A stretch of DNA of 33,415 nt, taken from Nitrososphaeraceae archaeon (GTDB lineage Archaea; Thermoproteota; Nitrososphaeria; Nitrososphaerales; Nitrososphaeraceae). The position numbers and the translations under genes are program-made. This document shows, piece by piece, positions 21,470 through 31,920 of this stretch. The stretch spans positions 1-33,415 of the forward strand of contig DATGZA010000005.1 of the NCBI GenBank assembly GCA_035297365.1, read 5' to 3'. The notes under the pieces were generated by a model. That model saw nothing but the letters and a program-made list of their open reading frames with translations. It was not told the DNA's origin and did not search any database. Each line of letters starts with the position of its first letter. The stretch's first letter is position 1.

Positions 21470-21590
21470 ATTTTATTATTAATGAATATAATTTCTTATA
21501 AATTATTATCTAATACAAGACTTAAATTTAAATATATACGATAAGGATTTTTATAAAAGAATATATTATTTTTGTTGTACAATTATTTTT

Positions 21591-21695
21591 ATGTCTAAAG
21601 ATCTTGAAAATGAATTTGAAGAGGACCTTGCAAGTGAATATGATGAATTTGAAGATATAGATAGTATTGATAATGATGAGACTGCAAAAGCTTAG
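21591..21695 (+). CDS. Very acidic 34-aa microprotein
   Basis: Manual translation: MSKDLENEFEEDLASEYDEFEDIDSIDNDETAKA*. Strong GAN codon periodicity; TATA-like TTTATAAA upstream at about 21550. Confidence 0.6.
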   Translation: MSKDLENEFEEDLASEYDEFEDIDSIDNDETAKA

Positions 21696-21799
21696 TATCT
21701 TGCTACTTTTTACTTGTTATATATGAAGCACTTAGTTATACGATATTTATTCTTCTACAATGTGCTATTTCTTTCTAACAATCCTTGATCTTAGAATAG

Positions 21800-22350
21800 A
21801 AACAGAACATAGGATTGATGATGTATTTTTCTCTGTATTTTCTTGTTCTCTGTCAGTCTGAAAAATAAAGACATTGAAATCTTCAAAAGATGAAAACAAA
21901 AGAAGTTACATCTCAAATTGAATCAATTTGGATCTTTTCAAACCTATAGGGCAAGAGGTTCTGCTTTTACAGTAGATAAAAGAATAATCAAATATTACTT
22001 AAAATATCCATAGACTTCTTGTACTGTATTGAACTTGAAGAATCGATGCTTGCAATATATTTGACAAGAAAAATGCTTGTAGCATAGAATTTTAGTCATT
22101 ATTTGATTAAAAAGTATGGAAAACATACTGTTTACATTGATGGTGTTACTAGGTATCTCCAAGCTTGAACTTTTATACCCAAAACACATAATGCATTCTC
22201 CTTTAGAAGACCCTGATAGACGAGTAAGCAGTATTTCAAATAGAACCGATGCTTTCACGATTACTATTCATGTATTAACAACAAGAACAGAAAACGTGAT
22301 CTAGGACGTGTATAGGATCGGATTAGATTGTTTATTCTTTTGTACAATAA
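21800..22350 (+). mobile_element. Second decayed IS6-like DDE transposase pseudogene
   Basis: Fragments: LIKKYGKHTVYIDGVTRYLQA*TF, KHIMHSPLE, KQYFK, HDYYSCINNKNRKRDLGRV*DRIRLFILLYN. Colinear with the remnant at 940-1465. Confidence 0.75.
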
Positions 22351-22504
22351 AACAATCAAAACAAAAAAATATAGTTTCATTTTTCAGTAAAATTAATTTC
22401 ATGTTAACATACTCTATATAATGATGACTAAAAATAAAAAAAATTAAAATAAGATTAGTAAAGACAATTTATTTTGTATAGCACACCGTCGTCATAATGA
22501 TTTT

Positions 22505-22789
22505 TTACCAGTGATGTTTTTCGTCTGGCATTAAACCAATCTGTTCTCGTTCAAAATACTTTTCCAATTCTTGAGACCATTTCTCTTTCGCAGAAGCACC
22601 GCCAAGTCCTTTTCTTCGAAGCCAGAAAGAAATTACTCCAAGAAGGAAGACAGCAAACAATATTGTCCCGAATATGTATACCATAACATCGTAGAACAGC
22701 GGATCATAGCTTGGACCGATTTGTTGAATAAGACTGCTAAAGCTGTTACTAATCATTGCACTGAGATTGGTGATAGCACCTACTACCAT
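22505..22789 (-). CDS. amoY: Probable ammonia monooxygenase subunit Y
   Basis: Small single-TM protein with a basic stop-transfer segment (WLRRKG) and EKWSQELEKYFE tail. Tandem with a signal-peptide membrane protein and divergent from rps15, the arrangement I recall for amoY/amoZ. ATG 22789 fits the TATA at 22821-22814 better than TTG 22801. Confidence 0.7.
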   Translation of the reverse strand: MVVGAITNLSAMISNSFSSLIQQIGPSYDPLFYDVMVYIFGTILFAVFLLGVISFWLRRKGLGGASAKEKWSQELEKYFEREQIGLMPDEKHHW

Positions 22790-22923
22790 ATCATATAGCA
22801 ATCAAAGTCTATGATATATACATTTTGGTGTTTTAATTATTCTCTGTAATATAATCCAAGTACAAGATATGAAAATTTATTAGAGTTTTTTGCAATTTGA
22901 AAAAATAAAAAAGGTTAGAGTTT

Positions 22924-23271
22924 TTATCTAGCTGGTTCGCGTTGTCTACTTCTACTCATTATGAAGAAAGCTGCTGCAACGGCACCAAAGATTGCTACAA
23001 GAACACCAATGAAGAGAGCTGTTTGATTTATACCGCCACTAACCATTGAAGTACCGGAACCATATGCACCCTCTGTTTGAGCATTAGAAACCTTTTCTTT
23101 TGCTAAATTTAATTGCTCTTCGAGAGAAGATATTCCGGATTGAGCTTGTCCATACTGTGCCAAGGCAGACTGAACTCCAACTAAAGTAAACACTGTACCC
23201 ATCGATAATATTACTGCAGTCATTGCCAAGATAGATGGTCTATTCATCATATTCTTCAATTTTAAATTCAA
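22924..23271 (-). CDS. amoZ: Probable ammonia monooxygenase subunit Z
   Basis: Signal peptide (A-L-A|Q), LEEQLNLAKEKV, GAYGSGT and a C-terminal TM (IFGAVAAAFF); adjacent and divergent to rps15. Confidence 0.72.
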   Translation of the reverse strand: MNLKLKNMMNRPSILAMTAVILSMGTVFTLVGVQSALAQYGQAQSGISSLEEQLNLAKEKVSNAQTEGAYGSGTSMVSGGINQTALFIGVLVAIFGAVAAAFFIMSRSRQREPAR

Positions 23272-23344
23272 TTATTTAACTTTTATCATATTGAATATAA
23301 ATTTTAAGTAACATTTAAGATATACAAAAAAATTAAGTATCAAT

Positions 23345-23794
23345 ATGGCTCGTACTCATGCTCATACTCATGGAAAGTCTCATTCGATTAGACCAGCAGT
23401 AAAGGATGCACCAAGCTGGATAGTACAAAAACCCAAAGAAATAGCTGATATTATCATTAAATTTTCTAATGATGGATTATCTCCCAGCGAGATTGGTTTA
23501 CGTCTTAGAGATGAATATGGAATACCGTTAGTAAAACCGATTCTTGGTAAATCTGTAACTCAGGTACTCAAAGATAATAATATTGAACAATCAATGCCTG
23601 AAGATCTGAATAAATTGGTACAAAAAGCACTTGGTCTTCAAAAACATCTAAAAATTCACAATAGTGATCATAGAAATGTACGATCTCTTGAATTAATTGA
23701 GTCAAAAATTCACAGAATTTCAAAATACTACAAGAATAACGGAAAAATACCAACAACTTGGAAATATTCTGCAGTTATTGCACAGCTAGAATAA
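23345..23794 (+). CDS. rps15: 30S ribosomal protein S15 (uS15)
   Basis: MARTHAHTHGKSHSIRP, PSEIGLRLRDEYGIP, PEDL, LIESKIHRISKYYK, WKY. Confidence 0.97.
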   Translation: MARTHAHTHGKSHSIRPAVKDAPSWIVQKPKEIADIIIKFSNDGLSPSEIGLRLRDEYGIPLVKPILGKSVTQVLKDNNIEQSMPEDLNKLVQKALGLQKHLKIHNSDHRNVRSLELIESKIHRISKYYKNNGKIPTTWKYSAVIAQLE

Positions 23795-23800
23795 ACAATA

Positions 23801-25240
23801 ATGGTTACAAAAGAATTCGAAACAATTCTTGATCACTTTGTAGAGAAAATAAACGAAAATATTGATAAGGACATAATTATTATTGCTAGAAAGAGTTCTG
23901 ATGGACTAACTGCAGGTAGTCTTATTTCATCAGTGTTATTAAAATTAGATACAAGAATTACATTACGATTGGAAAATGATTTAGATTCTGATCTAATTTC
24001 AAGAATAGTTATAGAAAATCATGATTTAAATATATTTATTGATTTTAGTTTTAAAGAGATCTCAAAGATAAACAATTTATTGAAAAATAAATTTGTGATC
24101 ATAAATCATGATATATGTCCTAAAGATTTAAAAGAGTATAATGGTAAAATAATAAATCCTTATATATATGGAATTGATGGAAAAGCAGAAATTACATCTT
24201 GTGGATTGACATTTTTACTTGCAGAAAGAATTGGTAGAGGAAATAAAAGGTTATCCATGTTAGCAATTGTTTCTGCTTTAGCAGAAAAACAAAACACAGG
24301 ACCAAAAAAATCTCTGATAGGATTAAATTCTGAAATAGCATCTATTGCAACATCAATAGGAATATTGAATATGAAAGCGGACTTGATATTCAATAATCTT
24401 GATTATAAACCCTTACATGAAGCGTTGGCATATAATATTTCACCTTATATTGAAGGAATTACCTGGAATAAAGAGAACTGTTACAAAATTTTAAAAAACA
24501 CTGGAATAGTTACACATAGAAATGGAAAATTTAGAACATTTGCAGAAATTTCAGATCAAGAAAAAAATATGATTTTGGATGCGATTACTAAATTCATATT
24601 TCTATCCAATCCTAAAAATGAAAAAGAAAATGATAATATTGAAAATATATCTGATAGTTTGATTGGATACATATTTGAGTTTCCAAATGAAGACAGAAAT
24701 AGTATATTAAAAAACGGGATGGAATTTGCGTTTGCATTAAATTCATGTATTAAGTATGAAAAAATTGGATTGGGTATAGGAATTTGTCTGGGAGAAAGAA
24801 ACAACACAGTGACAGAAATTGAAAAAATAGTTTTTGATTACAAGACAAATATTATGAATTCTCTTGAAAAAATATTCAGAGAAAAATGGCGCTTATTAGA
24901 CAGTGATTCTACTGTTTTTGTTAATGGTGAAGGGATTCTAAATGAAGGAATAACAAATGACATTTCCATAATATTAAGCGAATCAATTTCTTTTAAGACA
25001 AAGTTACTGTTTTTAAGAACATTATCAAATGATAATAGCTACAATTTTTATGTCAAGAAAGGTATAGAATATGAGACAAAAAAAGAATTAACATCGATAT
25101 TACAAGAATATCTAAAACATGACTATCGGATTGAAAAGAATCTCAATGATGACATTATTATTAATGTTCCTTATTCTAAGATTGAAGAATTTTCATCCGT
25201 TATTAGAAAAAGAATATCGAAAAATGAAAATAAAGAATAA
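23801..25240 (+). CDS. RecJ/GAN-like DHH-family protein with degenerate motifs
   Basis: Position after rps15; NPYIYGIDGKAEITSCG, AIVSALAEKQ and EFAFALNSC match archaeal RecJ-like proteins. Motif I reads RKSSDG and the DHH motif reads INHD. Confidence 0.8.
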   Translation: MVTKEFETILDHFVEKINENIDKDIIIIARKSSDGLTAGSLISSVLLKLDTRITLRLENDLDSDLISRIVIENHDLNIFIDFSFKEISKINNLLKNKFVIINHDICPKDLKEYNGKIINPYIYGIDGKAEITSCGLTFLLAERIGRGNKRLSMLAIVSALAEKQNTGPKKSLIGLNSEIASIATSIGILNMKADLIFNNLDYKPLHEALAYNISPYIEGITWNKENCYKILKNTGIVTHRNGKFRTFAEISDQEKNMILDAITKFIFLSNPKNEKENDNIENISDSLIGYIFEFPNEDRNSILKNGMEFAFALNSCIKYEKIGLGIGICLGERNNTVTEIEKIVFDYKTNIMNSLEKIFREKWRLLDSDSTVFVNGEGILNEGITNDISIILSESISFKTKLLFLRTLSNDNSYNFYVKKGIEYETKKELTSILQEYLKHDYRIEKNLNDDIIINVPYSKIEEFSSVIRKRISKNENKE

Positions 25241-25487
25241 AAATGTATTTAAAATATCAGTTAATATTGAAGTAAAGTTTTCAACAAATAAAGAAAGAGA
25301 TGTAATTATGAAAACATTATTACCAGATAACATTAATTTTCCAAATGAACTTTATTTAGAAATGTCAAGTAATAGAAAATCATTAATTATCGATATATCA
25401 TCTACGAATATTAGTACATTAATAAATACTATTGATGAATTATTGCATCATATAAAAATTGCGAAAAAAGTGATAGATCATGATTGA
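25224..25487 (+). CDS. pcc1: KEOPS complex subunit Pcc1
   Basis: 87 aa from ATG 25224; TLLPDN...LIIDISSTNISTLINTIDELL pattern; rps15-DHH-pcc1 context. Confidence 0.75.
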   Translation: MKIKNKNVFKISVNIEVKFSTNKERDVIMKTLLPDNINFPNELYLEMSSNRKSLIIDISSTNISTLINTIDELLHHIKIAKKVIDHD

Positions 25488-26757
25488 TTCTAAAATTCTA
25501 AAAAACGATATAAACAGAATAAATGACATGCTCCAAAAAAGAAATATAAAATTTCCACTCGAAGAACTAGTTGAAGAAGATACTAAACGTCGTAAATTAT
25601 TAACAAAATTGCAAGACGAACGACATAAAAAAAATAATATTGCCAAAATAATAGCTACAAAAAAAAAGAATGATCAAGCAATCTTCTCTGAGGTCAAATT
25701 AATGGATGAAATTGGAGATAGAATTAAACTTCTTGAAGAAGAAATAGCAACTGTTGATTCAAAATTTAAAAGTTATATTAGATTACTTCCTAATTTTTTT
25801 CATGAATCTGTACCTATTGGGAATTCCGAAAGTGATAATATCGTCGTAAGAGAGTATGGAACTATTAAGAAATTTAGTTACACTATAAAGGATCATATAG
25901 ATATAGGAATTGACTTGGACTTGATTGATATTGAGAGGGCTGCTAAAATATCTGGAGCTAGATTTTATTTTTTAAAAAATGAATTAGTAAGACTAAACCA
26001 AGCATTAATTAGTTTTGCATTAGATTTTCTACATGATAAAGGATATACATTATTACAACCACCTTACATGATTAGAAAAAATTCTATGGAAGGAGCTGTA
26101 ATTTTAGAAGATTTTAAAGATGTAATATACAAGATAGAAGATGAGGATCTGTTTATGATCGGTACATCTGAACACGCTATGGTTTCTATGCATATGAATG
26201 AAATCTTAGAAGGTTCAAAATTACCTATTAGATACGCAGCAATTAGTCCATGTTTTAGAAAAGAGGCCGGAGCACATGGAAAGGATATGAAAGGAATTTT
26301 TAGAGTACATCATTTTGAGAAGGTAGAACAATTTGTATTTTCTCGTCCCGAAAATTCATGGGAGGAACATGAACGTATGTTAAGGATTACGGAAGAATTT
26401 TACAAAAAACTTGATATACCTTATAGGGTGATGTTGTTATGTTCATCTGATTTAGGTAAGATTTCTGCCAAAACATATGATATAGAGGCTTGGATGCCTG
26501 TACAAGAAAAATATCGAGAAATAGTATCATGTTCAAATTGTACTGATTATCAGGCTAGAAGGCTAGGAATTAGATTTAGGGATAAAACAAATGAAGAAAC
26601 TAAGTTAGTTCATACATTGAATAGTACTTTAGTTGCTACCCAAAGAACATTGGTATCTTTGTTAGAAAATTATCAAAACTCAAATGGTATAACTATTCCA
26701 GACATTTTACAAAACTATATGGGTGGAACTAGTATAATAAAATTTAAAGGACAATAA
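25480..26757 (+). CDS. serS: Serine--tRNA ligase
   Basis: LPN...VPIG, KISGARFYFL, GTSEH, CFRKEAGAHGKD..GIFRVHHFEKVEQF, EIVSCSNCTDYQARRL, HTLNST. Confidence 0.97.
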   Translation: MIDSKILKNDINRINDMLQKRNIKFPLEELVEEDTKRRKLLTKLQDERHKKNNIAKIIATKKKNDQAIFSEVKLMDEIGDRIKLLEEEIATVDSKFKSYIRLLPNFFHESVPIGNSESDNIVVREYGTIKKFSYTIKDHIDIGIDLDLIDIERAAKISGARFYFLKNELVRLNQALISFALDFLHDKGYTLLQPPYMIRKNSMEGAVILEDFKDVIYKIEDEDLFMIGTSEHAMVSMHMNEILEGSKLPIRYAAISPCFRKEAGAHGKDMKGIFRVHHFEKVEQFVFSRPENSWEEHERMLRITEEFYKKLDIPYRVMLLCSSDLGKISAKTYDIEAWMPVQEKYREIVSCSNCTDYQARRLGIRFRDKTNEETKLVHTLNSTLVATQRTLVSLLENYQNSNGITIPDILQNYMGGTSIIKFKGQ

Positions 26758-26963
26758 TATTAACAGTGAATTTAATTTGAAGTTTTTGTCCATAATACCG
26801 TAAATTTCAGAGCATAGGAGTATTCTATTCCAATAATGATCAAATTTACCAAAAGTATGTATCTATTTGAATTTTCTTGATTTAGATTATATGATACTCC
26901 CAAGTATTTGAACCATTTAGGAATAAGAAAATGTATTTTTACAAAGTAGCTATAGTTTAAATT

Positions 26964-27623
26964 TTAATATATTGCTCCAACAGAATCCTTCTCTTCTTTT
27001 GATAACTCTCTATATCCATTCTTATCTATTATTACGACATTAATTCCATCACCAGTCCCTGCATTCCTTCTTATAGCTGCTGCTATTGCCTGTAATCCAA
27101 GCTTATAAGCATCTTTTACAGTCATATTTTCTTTGAATTCGGATTCTAAATAACCATAAGCTACTGGTGAACCGCTGCCTGTAGAAATAAATTTCTCTTC
27201 AGTAAGTGATCCGAATAAATCAATATTATAAATCTGACCAAAACCAGAACCCTGATAACCTGCCATAATAATCTGAACGTAGTATGGAAAATAGCGCTGG
27301 TTAAACAAAATATTAGAACATAATCTGGCTGCAGAATGTACAGGAATAACTCTTTTATTAGAAATTCTGTAAATATTAGCATTATATCTCATAGTATCTA
27401 CAAGGTTTTGTGCGTCTGCAACTCCCCCAGCAATAGTCATACCCAAATGATTATCCACTTTTTGGATTTTCATGACTTTTTTGTCTGCTATAAAGAATCC
27501 AGCACTGGCTCTAGTATCCGCAGCAAGTACAACACCATCTGTACAGGAAATTGCGCATGTAGTAGTTCCCTTCTTTATCTGTTCTGCAATCTGCTCTGAA
27601 TATCTATTATCTTGTAAATGCAT
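26964..27623 (-). CDS. psmB: Proteasome beta subunit
   Basis: Propeptide ending KKG|TTT (catalytic Thr), LAADTRAS, AGGVADAQ, TGSGSPVAYG. ATG 27623 preferred. Confidence 0.96.
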   Translation of the reverse strand: MHLQDNRYSEQIAEQIKKGTTTCAISCTDGVVLAADTRASAGFFIADKKVMKIQKVDNHLGMTIAGGVADAQNLVDTMRYNANIYRISNKRVIPVHSAARLCSNILFNQRYFPYYVQIIMAGYQGSGFGQIYNIDLFGSLTEEKFISTGSGSPVAYGYLESEFKENMTVKDAYKLGLQAIAAAIRRNAGTGDGINVVIIDKNGYRELSKEEKDSVGAIY

Positions 27624-27726
27624 ATTAATCAAGAATAGTCAAATTATTACTAATAAGTATTTTTTCATTCTTTAGATATTATTATACTATATATGATTAT
27701 ATTCCTTCGATATATCAAATGTATAT

Positions 27727-29163
27727 ATGTCTCGTACTTTATTTGAAAAAATTTGGGAAAATCATATAGTATATCCTATTTCAAAAGATAATGGATCAAT
27801 CAATCCTGGTTCTCATTTGCTATATATAGATCGTCACTTGATTCATGAAGTTACATCTCCTCAAGCATTTGACGGATTACGTTCTAATAAAAGGAAGGTT
27901 CGACGTCGTGATCTGACTTTTGCCACTATGGATCACAATGTACCAACAACTAATAGAAATCTTCCAATTGTTGACCAAATTTCTGCAAACCAAATAAGAA
28001 CATTGGCAGAAAATTGTCAAGAATTTGGAATAAAATTATTTGATCTGAATCATCCTTATCAAGGTATTGTTCATGTTATTGGGCCAGAACTTGGTATTAC
28101 TTTACCAGGCACAACTATAGTTTGTGGCGATAGCCATACTTCCACACACGGTGCTTTTGGTGCTTTTGCATTTGGAATAGGTACAAGTGAAGTAGAACAT
28201 GTCCTAGCAACTCAGTGTTTATGGTTGACTAAACCCAAGACAACTGCAATTAACTTTAAAGGAAAACCGAGATATTTACATGCTATTTCAGCAAAAGACA
28301 TTATACTTTCTCTTATACGTAAAATTGGTATTGGTGGAGGAATGGGTGCAGTTTTTGAATATCGAGGACAGATCATAAAAAAACTTACTATGGAACAAAG
28401 GATGACGATTTGTAACATGTCAATTGAGGCTGGCGCGAGAGCAGGATTAATTGCTCCTGATAATACAACATTCGATTACCTTCGCGACAGAGAATATTCA
28501 CCAAGAGGTGAAGATTATGAAAAGATGGTGGATTATTGCAAAAATAATCTTAGAACCGATGATAATGCTATCTTTGATAGGATTATAGATGTGGATATTA
28601 ACAATATTGCCCCTCAGGTAAGTTGGGGTACTAATCCTGCTATGACTGTAGATGTAACCGATGTAGTCCCAAGTCCAGAAGAATTTGCTAAAGGAAATGA
28701 AGATGAAAAAAATGCTGCCATTCGTGCACTAAAATATATGGAATTGAAGCCTGGAATTCCAATTATTGACATTCATATTGATCGTGTGTTTATAGGATCT
28801 TGTACAAATTCAAGAATAGAAGATCTCATAGAGGCTTCCATGGTAGTAAAAGGTAAAAAAGTATCACAAAATATTCAAGCATTAGTTGTGCCGGGATCCC
28901 AATCAGTAAAATTAGAGGCAGAAAAACTAGGATTAGACAAAATTTTCAAAGAATCTGGTTTTGAATGGAGAGATTCTGGATGCAGTATGTGTCTTGGAAT
29001 GAATCCTGATATATTGGCACCTGGAGAAAGATGTGCTAGTACCTCAAATCGCAATTTTGAAGGAAGACAAGGCACAGGCGGTAGAACTCATCTAGTAAGT
29101 CCAATCATGGCGGCAGCTGCAGCTATAGAGGGTCATTTTGTTGACGTACGTGAGTTAATATAA
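27727..29163 (+). CDS. leuC: 3-isopropylmalate dehydratase large subunit
   Basis: [56 protein letters not shown]. Confidence 0.97.
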   Translation: MSRTLFEKIWENHIVYPISKDNGSINPGSHLLYIDRHLIHEVTSPQAFDGLRSNKRKVRRRDLTFATMDHNVPTTNRNLPIVDQISANQIRTLAENCQEFGIKLFDLNHPYQGIVHVIGPELGITLPGTTIVCGDSHTSTHGAFGAFAFGIGTSEVEHVLATQCLWLTKPKTTAINFKGKPRYLHAISAKDIILSLIRKIGIGGGMGAVFEYRGQIIKKLTMEQRMTICNMSIEAGARAGLIAPDNTTFDYLRDREYSPRGEDYEKMVDYCKNNLRTDDNAIFDRIIDVDINNIAPQVSWGTNPAMTVDVTDVVPSPEEFAKGNEDEKNAAIRALKYMELKPGIPIIDIHIDRVFIGSCTNSRIEDLIEASMVVKGKKVSQNIQALVVPGSQSVKLEAEKLGLDKIFKESGFEWRDSGCSMCLGMNPDILAPGERCASTSNRNFEGRQGTGGRTHLVSPIMAAAAAIEGHFVDVRELI

Positions 29164-29192
29164 ATATCCAAGTTTAAAAAGAGACTATTGCT

Positions 29193-29807
29193 ATGCAACC
29201 ATTTGATAATTTTGAAAGTAAATTTATTCCATTTCCATTTGCTAATGTTGATACAGATCAAATAATTCCAAAACAATTCCTTAAATTAACTCAGAAAACA
29301 GGGTTTGGGAAATATCTCTTCAATGACTGGCGTTATGATAAAGATGGTAAAACGAAAGAGGATTTCGTATTAAATAAATTGAAATATTTCGATCGTAGTA
29401 TTCTTCTCACATTAGATAATTTTGGTAGTGGAAGTTCTAGAGAACATGCAGTTTGGGCTCTTTCTGATTATGGTTTCAAGGCTATTATTTCTTCTTCATT
29501 TGCAGATATCTTCTATAGTAATTGTATTAAAAACGGTATACTACCAATAGTTTTATCAAAAGAAGAAATTGACTATCTTTTCAAAAATGAAGATCTCTCT
29601 TTAAAGATCATTCTTGATACTCAAGAAGTAGAATTTTTGGAACACAATAATCCTATAACCTTCAAATTTCAAATAGATTCCTCTAAAAAAAAGATGTTAA
29701 TGGAGGGAGTAGATGAAATTGGATTAACATTACAATTAGATTCAAGTATAACTGAATATGAAAAAACTAAATTTAGTTTTTTACCGTATATTAAGAGTTT
29801 AAATTAA
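29193..29807 (+). CDS. leuD: 3-isopropylmalate dehydratase small subunit
   Basis: NVDTDQIIPKQFL, NFGSGSSREHAVWAL, SFADIFYSNCIKNGILP. Confidence 0.96.
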   Translation: MQPFDNFESKFIPFPFANVDTDQIIPKQFLKLTQKTGFGKYLFNDWRYDKDGKTKEDFVLNKLKYFDRSILLTLDNFGSGSSREHAVWALSDYGFKAIISSSFADIFYSNCIKNGILPIVLSKEEIDYLFKNEDLSLKIILDTQEVEFLEHNNPITFKFQIDSSKKKMLMEGVDEIGLTLQLDSSITEYEKTKFSFLPYIKSLN

Positions 29808-29808
29808 T

Positions 29809-31422
29809 TTAATCCGACTTTAAATATTTTTCTAATCCTTTGCAACCTACATGCTCATCATAATTCAAAATTTTGATGTTGCTTTTCGTTTTTGTATCTT
29901 TATATTCATGAACAAAAGAAATAACTTGATTCATAAAATTATTGGCCACTATTATTATTACCTTATTATTATTTTTCTGTAAAAATTTTTCTAAAGAATT
30001 AACAAAAGTAGGATATTCGTTCGCAAGATTTTCTGAATCAGATTCATAAGAAATAAGATTATGTGATGCAGGAAAGATATCCGATAATTCTGCTGGAATA
30101 ATTCCCAAATATGGATTATAGGAAAAAATTTCAATTTCGTTGAATTTATTTTTTATTCGATTGAATGTCTTTGAGGTATAAAATGGATGTATTTTTGTTT
30201 CAGGATATAATAATATTTTAGATTTTTCCCTGAGTTCATATTTTGCTACCATCTCTCTAAATCTTTTTGCTTCTGGTCTATATTGATCATAAGGTTCGTT
30301 AAAATAGATCGCTTTTTCCTTGAACATTGGTGTACCATGATCTAAATTATCAAAATTTTTTAGGAATCTAACAGCTTCCATCAATTTTGGATGACTGTGA
30401 GCCTTAATCATAATATATTCCCATAATCTTCCCTCTAAGATGGCATGTTTTACGGTATTTACTTCCATTTTTAACACATATAAATTATGTTTTGCTAATT
30501 CAATTGTACGTGATTTTTCATCCAAACTCAATAATTCTCTTGGAGTAAAAGAATTACATATTGAACATGAACAAGGAAAAAAAGTAATTTCATTTAATCT
30601 TGCTGTACCATTGGAATATAAGTATCTATTTTCTTTTGCATATAATATGTAGGATGCAGAATCAAACATATCACATCCAAGTGCTACAGCCAAAGGTATA
30701 GTTAATGGATGTCCTGCTCCAAAAAGATGTATGGGTTTAAAAGGAATTACTTTCTTGAGGTTATAAATTATTTGAGAAAGCATAGCAAAATCATATGCTT
30801 CCATTAATTCAACTGGACTACCCAAAGCCATGAGATTAAAACCCATATTATCAAATATTGATGCAGACATTTTTACCAAATCCAAGTGTTCTGCACCTTG
30901 AACAGGACCTGCCCAAATAGTATCAAGCTTACCTTGTGCTTTCTTTTGATGATTTATATTATTCCTCCTGATTACTTCCAGAGTTTCTTCAGCATTTTTT
31001 ATTGTTTTATTAACATATTCTACTGCCTTATTGTATTGAAGTCCGTAACCAGTGGGTTTGTCTAACGGTACCGCAATATCTGTTCCGATATCTATTTCGA
31101 ATTCTGCCATTTCTGTAGGTTCCACTTCGATTTCCCCGTATTCTAATACTTGGTAACCTCCTGAATCAGTCATTACGACGTCTTCAAAATTGATTATTTT
31201 ATGGATTCCTCTTTTTCGTGCTTCATCTCCATAATATCTTAATGCTATGTATGCATTTGTTATAACTGCTTTAAATCCTAATTTTTTAAAAAATTCTATG
31301 TCTACTAATTGTTTAATAGGGTGAATTACGGGTATAAATACGGGTGTTTCTAAGGTTCCATGTGCAGTTTCAAGCTTCCCTATTCGTCCTGCTAGGTCAT
31401 TATATTTGACCTCAAATGACAA
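29809..31422 (-). CDS. tgtA: tRNA-guanine(15) transglycosylase (ArcTGT)
   Basis: GRIGKL...ETP, MTDSGGYQ, GPVQG, HLFGAGHP, GCDMFDSASY, Zn site CSCSIC...HNL. Confidence 0.94.
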   Translation of the reverse strand: MSFEVKYNDLAGRIGKLETAHGTLETPVFIPVIHPIKQLVDIEFFKKLGFKAVITNAYIALRYYGDEARKRGIHKIINFEDVVMTDSGGYQVLEYGEIEVEPTEMAEFEIDIGTDIAVPLDKPTGYGLQYNKAVEYVNKTIKNAEETLEVIRRNNINHQKKAQGKLDTIWAGPVQGAEHLDLVKMSASIFDNMGFNLMALGSPVELMEAYDFAMLSQIIYNLKKVIPFKPIHLFGAGHPLTIPLAVALGCDMFDSASYILYAKENRYLYSNGTARLNEITFFPCSCSICNSFTPRELLSLDEKSRTIELAKHNLYVLKMEVNTVKHAILEGRLWEYIMIKAHSHPKLMEAVRFLKNFDNLDHGTPMFKEKAIYFNEPYDQYRPEAKRFREMVAKYELREKSKILLYPETKIHPFYTSKTFNRIKNKFNEIEIFSYNPYLGIIPAELSDIFPASHNLISYESDSENLANEYPTFVNSLEKFLQKNNNKVIIIVANNFMNQVISFVHEYKDTKTKSNIKILNYDEHVGCKGLEKYLKSD

Positions 31423-31424
31423 AT

Positions 31425-31835
31425 TTATTTTTTGGTCTCCCTCACAAATTCATCATAGATAGCTTTTATCCTATCAGCAGCAAGACCTCCGCCCTCTTCG
31501 ATACCATTTTGAGTTACTTTTATCTTATCCATGACTATTATAGCACCAACATCTTCTCTAACTTTTACCAAACCCGGGAAAACTCTAGAAAATCTTTCTG
31601 CAAGAGCTTTTAAATCAAACGGTTTTTCCATTAATCTAATTTCCTTTACAAAAGATCCATTCATAATAATTTTTATTATTCCACCAGTTTCTAAATCATC
31701 TAGTATTACATCCAATTTTTCATTTATCCCACTTAATGTTCCAACATATGTTTTTTCATCAGATGTTTCAATAGATACTTTTTTTCCTAAAAATTGAATT
31801 GTTTCTTCTCCAAATTTTCTAAATGCTACAGACAA
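31425..31835 (-). CDS. Lsm/Sm-like RNA-binding protein with C-terminal extension (SmAP3 type)
   Basis: Sm1-like LGKKVSIETSDEKTYVGTLSGI..LDVILD, Sm2-like IIMNGSFVKEI, then a C-terminal domain (FDLKALAERFSRVFPGLV). Confidence 0.85.
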   Translation of the reverse strand: MSVAFRKFGEETIQFLGKKVSIETSDEKTYVGTLSGINEKLDVILDDLETGGIIKIIMNGSFVKEIRLMEKPFDLKALAERFSRVFPGLVKVREDVGAIIVMDKIKVTQNGIEEGGGLAADRIKAIYDEFVRETKK

Positions 31836-31920
31836 ACTAGTTCGATTGTGGTTATTATTTCAGGTATATATAATTTGAATTCAATTCACATAATATAATA
31901 TAACATTTCATAAAAATTTT

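Noticed and set aside
21995-22304. ORFs 21995-22258(-) and 22116-22304(+) as additional small amo-associated genes
   Set aside because: Both fall within the decayed IS6-like transposase.
25119-25223. Long N-terminal extension of Pcc1 overlapping the DHH gene
   Set aside because: ATG 25224 gives a typical Pcc1 length with only a short overlap.
26758-26963. Small gene or ncRNA between serS and psmB
   Set aside because: An open - strand frame exists but has no credible start, motif or GC-rich structure.
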